A stretch of DNA of 51,894 nt from a virus (Duplodnaviria > Caudoviricetes): positions 1 to 51,894 of IMG/VR virus record IMGVR_UViG_3300043419_001406. One strand, given 5' to 3'. The notes beneath the pieces were generated by a model, which saw only the letters and a program-made list of their open reading frames with translations, had not been told where the DNA came from and did no database searches. A program made the translations under genes and the position numbers. Shown here one piece after another: positions 1 through 6,786 of this stretch (within the stretch, counting starts at the first letter, position 1; the number at the start of each line of letters is the position of its first letter).

Positions 1-59
1 ACCTCCATGGAGTGGAGCTTGATAGGGCCGGCGCAATTCAGGCAGAAGTGGTCAGCCAT
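1..59 (-). CDS. DnaC-like ATPase, 5' fragment truncated by window edge
   Basis: Identical to the start of 47615..48325 (MADHFCLNC). Confidence 0.8.
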   Translation of the reverse strand, partial: MADHFCLNCAGPIKLHSME

Positions 60-225
60 TGTTCTGCTCGTAGAGCTTGATCAGGGTCTTCTGGCTGAAG
101 GCCTTGAGCTTGCCATTGATGCACAGGTTCCAATACCGGATGTTGCCCTTGAGCCTAGGCTTGAGGGGCCTGACTACCGAGCCGTCCGGCAGGACGTAGT
201 ATTTGGTTTGTTCGATCTGTTTCAT
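52..225 (-). CDS. Small hypothetical protein, 57 aa (MKQIEQTKYYVLPDGSVVRPLKP...), NUMOD4-like start
   Basis: Manual translation; fills the gap between initiator and DnaC genes; frame conserved in copy 2. Confidence 0.7.
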   Translation of the reverse strand: MKQIEQTKYYVLPDGSVVRPLKPRLKGNIRYWNLCINGKLKAFSQKTLIKLYEQNNG

Positions 226-228
226 GGG

Positions 229-909
229 TCAGAAGCCTTTGGCGTGGTCGGCGTCGGTGTGGGCAGGCTTGGAAGGGCGTCCATAGACCCCCTTGGCGGC
301 CTTCACATGGACGGATTGCCACTCGTTGCGGCCCGAGGTCTCAAGGGCGTCGATGGAGGCGCTAGGATCGAAGCCAGACAGGTATTTGGCCTGCTTGACC
401 TGCCAGCTGAGGCTGGTGGTCCATTTGCGCTGACGCCTGAGGGCCACATAGTCGCTCCAAGCGTTCCAGAGGTCCTTGGGCCAATCCTTGATGATGGCCT
501 GAAACTCCTCCCCCGCCTGTATCTTATTCCTATCGTTTATATCATTAGTATCTATAGGGTGAAGTTTCTTTCGCCCCTCCCCTGAAGTTTTCTTCACCCC
601 CCCGGTGAAGTTTTCTTCACCCCCATCCAAGGCGAGCGTGACGATATCCCAGAGGACGCCGTTAGGGTCGCGCTTGATGTGGCCGGCAAGCTCCAGCTCC
701 CCGATCAGGAGCTGGATGTTCCGGTCAGAGCAGTTCAGGTACGCACCGAGCGTGGCCCGGGACGCGTAGCAGCCATTCTCGTTCGAGAGGATGTGGATGA
801 TGGACCAGAGGAGCTTGGCGTTCGTGCTGATCGTGACATCGCTGAATATCTTGGCGGGTATCCAGACGCCCTTGAACGGAAGGCTGGCCTTGCTAAGCAT
901 GTCGCTCAT
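229..909 (-). CDS. Replication initiator (N-terminal winged HTH, lambda O-like)
   Basis: HTH_36-like N-terminus (AKLLWSII...GCYASRATLGAYLNCSDRNIQLLIGELELAGHIKR), internal iterons, upstream of DnaC-like gene. Confidence 0.8.
   Translation of the reverse strand: MSDMLSKASLPFKGVWIPAKIFSDVTISTNAKLLWSIIHILSNENGCYASRATLGAYLNCSDRNIQLLIGELELAGHIKRDPNGVLWDIVTLALDGGEENFTGGVKKTSGEGRKKLHPIDTNDINDRNKIQAGEEFQAIIKDWPKDLWNAWSDYVALRRQRKWTTSLSWQVKQAKYLSGFDPSASIDALETSGRNEWQSVHVKAAKGVYGRPSKPAHTDADHAKGF
519..624. promoter_or_regulatory. Putative replication origin: three 23-bp-period iterons plus AT-rich tract
   Basis: TGAAGTTT at 560, 583 and 606; best unit GGTGAAG-TTTT-CTTCACC is palindromic; AT-rich 519-556. 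Confidence 0.75.
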
Positions 910-1136
910 CGTTTGTGGCTGGTCGAGCGTTCCTTCCAGCCCTCGGGCGTGTAGGCCCGGATGCTGGCCGTGTAGCCGTCAGGCTTCCAATCGAGCCTGA
1001 TGGTCACGTCCTCGTATTCGTAGGTGACGTTGCCTTCGCCCTGCATGATGTAGGGCGTGTCCTCGATGGCGTTGACGAGCTTGCTGTCAGCCCACGCGTC
1101 GAAGCCGAGACGCCGGATGTGTTCGGACGAGCTCAT
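906..1136 (-). CDS. Hypothetical protein
   Basis: ATGA overlap with the initiator gene; conserved in copy 2. Confidence 0.8.
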   Translation of the reverse strand: MSSSEHIRRLGFDAWADSKLVNAIEDTPYIMQGEGNVTYEYEDVTIRLDWKPDGYTASIRAYTPEGWKERSTSHKR

Positions 1137-1137
1137 G

Positions 1138-2079
1138 TCAGATGACGGCGATGCCGAAGTACTCGTCGTCGGTCATGCTCTGATCCAGCGACTGAGTGGC
1201 GATACGCATGATGCCGTTGGCGAGCATCTGGCGTCCTTCGATGATGGACTTCTGGCCGAACAGATAGGCGCGCGGAGCACCGGTATCCTTGCCGGCCACG
1301 ATGTACATGACCAGCGCGGGCCTGTTGTAATACGCGGACGCGAGCCCGGCGTACAGCGAAGCCTGAAGCTTCCACATGTCATCACGGGCCTTCTTGATGA
1401 CCTTGCCCATCGTCGAGCTCGGAGCCGTCTTGTAGTCGATGACCACGATGGGCTCCTTGTCGCTGTCGGGGACGAAGATGGCGTCGAGCTGGCCCTTGAC
1501 CACGCGCTCGATGACGAGCTGGTGGCTGTCGTCGTCCTTCATGTCCTTGGACCAATAGCCGGCGTAGTCGTCACGCATGCGATAGGTGGCCTTGGCCATG
1601 CCCTTGAGAGGGACCTCGGTGATGAGCTTGCCGGACTTGAGGTCGACCGCGGACTCAAGCACACGCTTGGCTCCTCCGGTCAGGGCCTCGGCCTGCTCCC
1701 ACAGGTTCTCGCCGATGATGGTCTTGCCGTCGGCCGCAAGGGATTGGAAGGACGCATGGAGCGCCTTGCCCTCCTTGGTGCGACGATCCACCTTCGGCAC
1801 CTTGATGAAGGAGTCGATGATGTCCTGCTTGCCGCTCATGATGGCGTGGAACGCGCTCCCGATGAGCATGTCATCGGTGGGCTCGTCCTGCTCGTCCACG
1901 ATCTTGCGGGCCGTGTGCATGCCATGGTCCAGAACCTTCTTGATGTAGCTCTGGTTGAGGCCTTCGTCGGACCGGTAGAACATCGGGACGATGGCCTGCG
2001 GGTTGGTGATGACCACGTCTGCGTCGTGGTAGTTTTCGGCGTCATTGATCGTGACGCGCGTGTTTTTCTGTTCGCTCAT
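1138..2079 (-). CDS. PD-(D/E)XK exonuclease, RecE/ExoVIII (DUF3799)-like
   Basis: IGSAFH, PKVDRRTKEGK, KGQLD...IDYKT and LQASLY motifs. Confidence 0.85.
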   Translation of the reverse strand: MSEQKNTRVTINDAENYHDADVVITNPQAIVPMFYRSDEGLNQSYIKKVLDHGMHTARKIVDEQDEPTDDMLIGSAFHAIMSGKQDIIDSFIKVPKVDRRTKEGKALHASFQSLAADGKTIIGENLWEQAEALTGGAKRVLESAVDLKSGKLITEVPLKGMAKATYRMRDDYAGYWSKDMKDDDSHQLVIERVVKGQLDAIFVPDSDKEPIVVIDYKTAPSSTMGKVIKKARDDMWKLQASLYAGLASAYYNRPALVMYIVAGKDTGAPRAYLFGQKSIIEGRQMLANGIMRIATQSLDQSMTDDEYFGIAVI

Positions 2080-2306
2080 TTTGTGTTGGGTTGGGAAATG
2101 TGTCCGTGCGGGATGCGCCCCGTCATGTCATTGACGAGATCCAGCAGGAGGCTCCTGCTGTTGTTGTCGTACGCGATGCCATTGACTTTGACCTTGGCCC
2201 CCATGCCGGCAAGCCGATAAGCCGCGAACGCGGCACGACGCTCATGGTCGGCCTCGACGTCTGCGGCCACGAGCTTGGGGCTGGGCCTGTTGTGCGTGAT
2301 GGGCAT
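2076..2306 (-). CDS. Hypothetical protein
   Basis: Tightly packed in the operon; conserved in copy 2. Confidence 0.75.
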   Translation of the reverse strand: MPITHNRPSPKLVAADVEADHERRAAFAAYRLAGMGAKVKVNGIAYDNNSRSLLLDLVNDMTGRIPHGHISQPNTK

Positions 2307-2307
2307 G

Positions 2308-2742
2308 TCAGTAGTCGGTGTACGAGTCCTTGGTCATCTTGCCGTTGTTCCACCATTGATGCCCCCTGAAGGACATGCCCGGCTCATCGTACTTGATGCG
2401 GAACTTCAGCTTGGGGAAACGCTCGGCGATCTTCTTCATGATGCCAAGAGGCGGACTCCATGCGCTGGAGAACACGAGGTCGAGACGCCATGAGCGCGGA
2501 CCATACGCCTTGTCTGCGTTGATAGGGCCATAGACATCCAGATCAGTAGGCTCCCACTTGGTGCCGAGGTTCTGGACGTTCCAATCGTACCAATCTTCGC
2601 GCTTGGGGTCGTAGTCGGGGAACAGCCGGCCGAAGGTGGCCTCCTGCCTCTCCGTCTTGCTGAGGATCAGGTCGAGGAGAGCGTCGAGCTCTTCGCGCGT
2701 GGCGGCGAACGCCACGAAGTCATTCATTACCCAATTAGGCAT
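2308..2742 (-). CDS. YubB/DUF1281 ferredoxin-like domain protein
   Basis: MPNW start, DWYDWNVQNLGTKW, FSSAWSPP and YDEPG family motifs. Confidence 0.8.
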   Translation of the reverse strand: MPNWVMNDFVAFAATREELDALLDLILSKTERQEATFGRLFPDYDPKREDWYDWNVQNLGTKWEPTDLDVYGPINADKAYGPRSWRLDLVFSSAWSPPLGIMKKIAERFPKLKFRIKYDEPGMSFRGHQWWNNGKMTKDSYTDY

Positions 2743-2923
2743 GGCCGTACTTAAGCTTGAGGGCAAGGTCGATGACCCGGGCGAGTTTCTTGCCGTTCGC
2801 TCCTTCGAGGTGCTTGTCGAGATGGGCTTTGATTTCCTTCTCGGCCTTGAGCATGTCCTTACGGAGCTCGGCGTGGCGTTCTACCAGCTGTTCAAGCTGG
2901 TCTAGTGTTTTGTCTTTTTTCAT
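2735..2923 (-). CDS. Small coiled-coil hypothetical protein
   Basis: First gene after the promoter at 2948-2975; conserved in copy 2. Confidence 0.75.
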   Translation of the reverse strand: MKKDKTLDQLEQLVERHAELRKDMLKAEKEIKAHLDKHLEGANGKKLARVIDLALKLKYGHA

Positions 2924-2947
2924 ATGCGTGATGCGTGTGAGGCAATG

Positions 2948-3021
2948 ACTTTGACCAGCATATGATCCATGTCAATGCGTTTGACCCATTATTTCGCCAG
3001 ATATCCGCAAGTAGTTGATAT
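2948..3021 (-). promoter_or_regulatory. Sigma70-like promoter TTGACA-N16-CAAAGT with upstream IHF-consensus box
   Basis: -35 at 2970-2975 and -10 at 2948-2953 are unchanged in copy 2 while the spacer diverges; TATCAACTACTTG matches WATCAANNNNTTR. Confidence 0.6.
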
Positions 3022-3036
3022 CCAATGAAATCAATT

Positions 3037-3112
3037 TGGTGGGCCCACCCGGACTTGAACCGAGAACCAATCCCTTATGAGGGGACTGCTCTAACCATTG
3101 AGCTATGGGCCC
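3037..3112 (-). tRNA. tRNA-Ile2 (CAT anticodon, reads AUA after lysidine modification); Met not excluded
   Basis: GGGCCCATAGCTCAATGGTTAGAGCAGTCCCCTCATAAGGGATTGGTTCTCGGTTCAAGTCCGGGTGGGCCCACCA; full cloverleaf, encoded CCA, ileX-like body. Confidence 0.9.
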
Positions 3113-3118
3113 TTCAAA

Positions 3119-3517
3119 TCACTCGCGCTCGCCGGTGCGTATTATGATCGGCCGACGCTCGCCCATGTATCCCACTCCGCGCACCACATTATAATCGACC
3201 CACTCCACGGCCGTCACCATGCGGTCATCTTCATCTTCATCGTCGAAGGCCTCGTAGAATACGGCCACCAGCTTCTCGTAGCTGTAGATGACATGGTGGC
3301 CATCCATATCCCATCCGACGATTGCCTCATCGAGCTGCTCGCGCGGCTCCAGCATTATCGCACCAGAGAGCTCATCGTTCTCGTCGATCACATCATCGAA
3401 CCATGTGCGGTGCTTGGCCGGCACATCGCTCCCAAGTTTGTCAGCCGGGCATGTGCTCACCCTAGCCTTGATTTTGTTGTTGTTCCTGCGTTTGTTGTTT
3501 TTAGGTTTGCGTGCCAT
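3119..3517 (-). CDS. Conserved phage hypothetical protein
   Basis: Basic N-terminus, C-terminal AVEWVDYNVVRGVGYMGERRPII; start set at MARKPK to avoid overlap with the divergent gene. Confidence 0.75.
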   Translation of the reverse strand: MARKPKNNKRRNNNKIKARVSTCPADKLGSDVPAKHRTWFDDVIDENDELSGAIMLEPREQLDEAIVGWDMDGHHVIYSYEKLVAVFYEAFDDEDEDDRMVTAVEWVDYNVVRGVGYMGERRPIIIRTGERE

Positions 3518-3547
3518 ACCGGACCAATTCAGATCAGAGCACACGCC

Positions 3548-4039
3548 ATGTCCATACCAATCTATGAGAGCCACGCGGATCGACGTCGACAGCAGGAGGT
3601 CATAGATTTTGTAGCGCTACATTGGAACGCCACTCCGGTAATCAGCCATCCCATGGCCCAGCATGACTACGCCCTATGTCGGCATGACCATAGCGACGAC
3701 CGCATGTACGCCCACGCCTACGCAGAGGTCAAGTGTCGCTCCGAACACCGGCAGGACTATTGGCTGTCCAAGGCCAAGTGGGACTACCTCATGGACCTAT
3801 CCAACGTCACCGACAGGCCAGCCTTCCTGATCGTCCATTGTGCCAAGACCGACAAGGTCAGGTATGCCAAGGTAGGCGTCGAACAATACTATCCCAAAGT
3901 CATCAGCGCCGGCCGTACCGACCGACCAGACGACCCCAAGGCCATCGAGGAAATGGTCGTCCTGCCAATGGCCCGTTTCCATAGCCTAGGATGCCTCAGG
4001 AGGCCAGATCAGGGTAAGGACGAGCTTACTACCGGTTAG
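3548..4039 (+). CDS. PD-(D/E)XK-like nuclease
   Basis: HDYAL...AEVKCR...LSKAKW motif; start MSIPIYES. Confidence 0.7.
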   Translation: MSIPIYESHADRRRQQEVIDFVALHWNATPVISHPMAQHDYALCRHDHSDDRMYAHAYAEVKCRSEHRQDYWLSKAKWDYLMDLSNVTDRPAFLIVHCAKTDKVRYAKVGVEQYYPKVISAGRTDRPDDPKAIEEMVVLPMARFHSLGCLRRPDQGKDELTTG

Positions 4040-4110
4040 CCTGTCCCAGCTCGTTCTGAGCCGATTGGGATTGAGCTAGGATCGATATTAACGCGTGACC
4101 CCCTAGTGGT

Positions 4111-4138
4111 AGGCTCCTAAAGAACGACCCCTTGTCAA
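4111..4138 (-). promoter_or_regulatory. Putative promoter TTGACA-N16-GAGCCT
   Basis: Perfect -35 in intergenic DNA with the same geometry as the other leftward promoters. Confidence 0.4.
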
Positions 4139-4206
4139 GTGGGTATCGATCAGATTGCCGGTCAGATGGACGGAATGATGAGCTTTGAGCTCATATTGGT
4201 TCATCA

Positions 4207-4234
4207 ATTAGACATAATGGATCTTGTGCGAAAT
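4207..4234 (-). other. XerC/XerD dif-like recombination site
   Basis: ATTTCGCACAA-GATCCA-TTATGTCTAAT, 11-6-11 layout; compare E. coli dif GGTGCGCATAA-TGTATA-TTATGTTAAAT; intergenic. Confidence 0.75.
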
Positions 4235-4259
4235 CAAATCCGACGTCCATCGGTCATGA

Positions 4260-4874
4260 TTAAGGGGGCGGGGGGGGTTGAAGCTCGTCGTCCGTCTTCT
4301 GTATCGACGGGTTGCCAGACGTACTGCTCGAATCCAAAAAATCCCCCTTAGGGTCTTTGGCCCAAGTGAGGAACTTTGCGGTTTCCTCCGGCTTGGACAC
4401 CTCAAATTGGCCGTCTATGACGATTTCCTTCGCGCTCTTCAGGTCCTTACCCCTACTTTTGAGGAGTTGGTCAAGGGATTTGTGGTCAATCGTGAATCTG
4501 TGCTCGACGACCGCCTGAGGCTGGTCTTGGAGGGCCTGAATCTTGTCTATGGCGATACCCATGGCGATTGGGATCTGGGAGACGTGCAGGCTGTCCAGCT
4601 CGTCGACCAGCTTCTGGCTGGCCTGCTGGACGAACGACTTCAGGTTCCGGACGGTGGCCGCCTTGAACTCGTCGTTAAGGCCGGTTGCCTCCGGCATCGA
4701 CCTTTTGATGGCCATGACGTTGTTCGGGGACATCCGCTGGAGCTTGGCGATCTCGTCGATCGGCCTGCCGGCCCTCAGGAGCTCCTCGACGGCTGCCCGA
4801 CGCTGCGGGTCGACGCGCGAGGCGTTGTGGTCCGAGCTCGGAGAGGTGTCCAAGCGTCCATTATCGTTTGACAT
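4260..4874 (-). CDS. HTH protein, probable terminase small subunit
   Basis: N-terminal HTH (VEELLRAGRPIDEIAKLQRMSPNNVMAIK), helical core, IAMGIAIDK...VVEHR. Confidence 0.55.
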   Translation of the reverse strand: MSNDNGRLDTSPSSDHNASRVDPQRRAAVEELLRAGRPIDEIAKLQRMSPNNVMAIKRSMPEATGLNDEFKAATVRNLKSFVQQASQKLVDELDSLHVSQIPIAMGIAIDKIQALQDQPQAVVEHRFTIDHKSLDQLLKSRGKDLKSAKEIVIDGQFEVSKPEETAKFLTWAKDPKGDFLDSSSTSGNPSIQKTDDELQPPPPP

Positions 4875-4910
4875 GGTTCCGTAGTGTCTTCGTTATTACG
4901 CCCATGTCAA
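4868..4910. promoter_or_regulatory. Overlapping divergent promoters (TTGACATGG...CCATGTCAA inverted repeat)
   Basis: Each TTGACA lies inside the ATG-TCA-A start of the opposite gene. Confidence 0.5.
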
Positions 4911-5401
4911 CGAAGGAGCTCATCAGCAAGGATCCACTCCGCGTTGATTTCACCGTCGACATAGAACCGATACGGACGACCCACCAGACCGACCTAAGGA
5001 TCCTCAAGACGCGCGACGGACGGCAGTTCATCGGCAAGACGTCGAAATCCAAGGTCAAGATTTGGGGGCAGGAGTTTGCCAAGCACATCCAGAAGCACAA
5101 GCCGGACAAGCCGCTCGAGGGCCCGCTTTGGCTCAGGATGACGTTCGCCTTCCCCCTGAACAAGGGCGACAGGCGCAAGAGCCTCCCGCATACGGTCAAA
5201 CCGGATTGGGACAACCTGCCTAAGACCATCTGCGACGTGCTGACCAAGGAAGGCTTCTGGCACGACGACTCTCAGGTGGTCTTCGGTCAGGTGGTCAAGT
5301 GCCGCCACCACAAGCCGTTCGTCGGCATCCGCGTCTGTCCGGCTCCTTGGATCGACGAGGCCTTCGTCGAAGCCCTTTACGCCTCACACCATGCAGACTG
5401 A
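4904..5401 (+). CDS. rusA: RusA family Holliday junction resolvase
   Basis: KPDWDNLPKTICDVL...WHDDSQVV catalytic motifs. Confidence 0.9.
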   Translation: MSTKELISKDPLRVDFTVDIEPIRTTHQTDLRILKTRDGRQFIGKTSKSKVKIWGQEFAKHIQKHKPDKPLEGPLWLRMTFAFPLNKGDRRKSLPHTVKPDWDNLPKTICDVLTKEGFWHDDSQVVFGQVVKCRHHKPFVGIRVCPAPWIDEAFVEALYASHHAD

Positions 5402-5870
5402 GAAGGACATAATAGCGCGGTTCGGATTGCCTAGGGACGAGATGGTCCGGTTCCGTCGCGACAACCTCAAGGCCGGCGAGGATTGGAACCGGCTCAGACA
5501 GGGCGAGAAGCCCGAGCACATGTGCCCGATCGTCTTCACCGAGGCCGGCACCCGCAAGGTGTACGAGAAGTTCGGCATCTGCGACAAGCCTCAGGAGTCT
5601 TGGCCGAAGCTCGCCATCGTATCGCGGACGAATTGGCCGAACCACCGGATCATGACTGTCCTCATTGACGGCAAGTCCCACAACGTCATAGTAGCCGACG
5701 CAAGGCTGTTCTACCCCGGCGCCGAAATCCTCGTCGACCGCAAGGGGAGCAAGCTCATATGCTCGCTCCGCCCGGACAGCCCACAGAAACTTTTCACAAC
5801 CATCAGGCGCAAACATGAAGAAGCCATACAACTCAAACAAGGAAACCAGCAGCAAGTCCGAGAGGGCTGA
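5391..5870 (+). CDS. Hypothetical protein
   Basis: Overlaps rusA stop; coding-like codon bias. Confidence 0.75.
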   Translation: MQTEKDIIARFGLPRDEMVRFRRDNLKAGEDWNRLRQGEKPEHMCPIVFTEAGTRKVYEKFGICDKPQESWPKLAIVSRTNWPNHRIMTVLIDGKSHNVIVADARLFYPGAEILVDRKGSKLICSLRPDSPQKLFTTIRRKHEEAIQLKQGNQQQVREG

Positions 5871-5985
5871 ATCCGCCCGCTACGAAGCCTACGAGCGCAA
5901 GCAGCCCGGCTACGCCAAGTCCGACAAGTCCGACAAGGGCTCGTCATGTGGCAAGGGCTGGAAGGGCTACAAGGGCTGCAAGTAA
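5815..5985 (+). CDS. Small basic protein, 56 aa (MKKPYNSNKETSSK...CGKGWKGYKGCK)
   Basis: Manual translation; TAA abuts the next ATG; AAGGGCT repeats. Confidence 0.6.
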   Translation: MKKPYNSNKETSSKSERAESARYEAYERKQPGYAKSDKSDKGSSCGKGWKGYKGCK

Positions 5986-6786
5986 ATGCCCGACGAGCCG
6001 GACTTAATCAAGGGCAGCGAGGAGGCCTACCGACAGGTAAGGCAGGCCCAGCTTGATCGAGCCCGGGCGAACGATACGCCGGAGGACGCCAGCCCGGATA
6101 CCGCGGCTTCGATGGGCGCGCTCTTCAGGAAGCAGGAGGACGCGGCCCAGACCGCCGCCGTCCACTATAACGCGGCGATCAACCTTCAGAACTACGTCCA
6201 GCAACAGCGCGAGTACTTCGACGACAAATCGGACGCCATGTCGCTCAAGGGGATGCTTGAGCGCGGCGGCGAGCGTAAAGGCGGCGTCGTAAGGGTCTCC
6301 GACGGATTGGCCGGAATGCTGGCGGCCGGCGGCGAAAGAAAAGGGGGCATGGTAAAGGTGTCGGACGGGCTGGCCGGAATGCTGGCCGCTGGCGGACAAA
6401 AAACAGGACCTGAGCTCAAGATCGGAGCCAGCTTCAAGGAGCAGCTCGAAGCGGTCAGGTGGGGTGCTAGGATGCAAGCCCTTCGCATCGCAGGCAGAGA
6501 GTACGCGAGTCAGCGAAAAATAAAAAACGATGGCGGCCTGTCGGCCGCCAGACAGCCGTACGCCGGCGTAAACTTCTTCGGCCACAGGTCCCAATTCACG
6601 AGGGGCGCCGTAACGTTCACGCCAATGGATTTTTCAAACGGGGTTCCGATAGTCGGGGTGCACAAGGCCGTCGAGGACGGATGGGCGCCCGTGGGTGCCG
6701 GCTATTCGGCGGCCATGAAGAGAGCCCTGCTTCAGATGGGCCGAAATTACAGGAGTACGCTTCCGCTGTACGGAAACAGCTACTAA
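5986..6786 (+). CDS. Hypothetical protein with internal 21-aa tandem repeat
   Basis: ORF abuts terL. Confidence 0.8.
   Translation: MPDEPDLIKGSEEAYRQVRQAQLDRARANDTPEDASPDTAASMGALFRKQEDAAQTAAVHYNAAINLQNYVQQQREYFDDKSDAMSLKGMLERGGERKGGVVRVSDGLAGMLAAGGERKGGMVKVSDGLAGMLAAGGQKTGPELKIGASFKEQLEAVRWGARMQALRIAGREYASQRKIKNDGGLSAARQPYAGVNFFGHRSQFTRGAVTFTPMDFSNGVPIVGVHKAVEDGWAPVGAGYSAAMKRALLQMGRNYRSTLPLYGNSY
6250..6402 (+). repeat. 63-bp coding tandem repeat, about 2.4 copies
   Basis: GGERKGGVVRVSDGLAGMLAA / GGERKGGMVKVSDGLAGMLAA / GGQK; units start at 6265, 6328 and 6391. Confidence 0.85.

Larger units (their letters stand above)
1..3646. repeat. Long imperfect direct repeat, copy 1 (3646 bp)
   Basis: Colinear with 48267-51894; first 111 bp and last 123 bp identical, many substitutions in between, one 18-bp indel. 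Confidence 0.97.

Noticed and set aside
558-624. Direct repeats as a mini-CRISPR
   Set aside because: 23-bp period with no spacers, inside a coding sequence, and no cas genes.
3037-3112. tRNA as an attL/attR prophage boundary
   Set aside because: The tRNA is internal to the long repeat and both flanks are phage sequence; no host DNA is in the window.
3098-3547. 5' extension of the 313-aa ORF 3098..4039
   Set aside because: Overlaps the tRNA and a real minus-strand gene; the frame is broken in copy 2; the true start is 3548.
1-3646. Diverged repeat as DGR template/variable regions
   Set aside because: No reverse transcriptase; differences are not adenine-specific and span 3.6 kb of intact genes.
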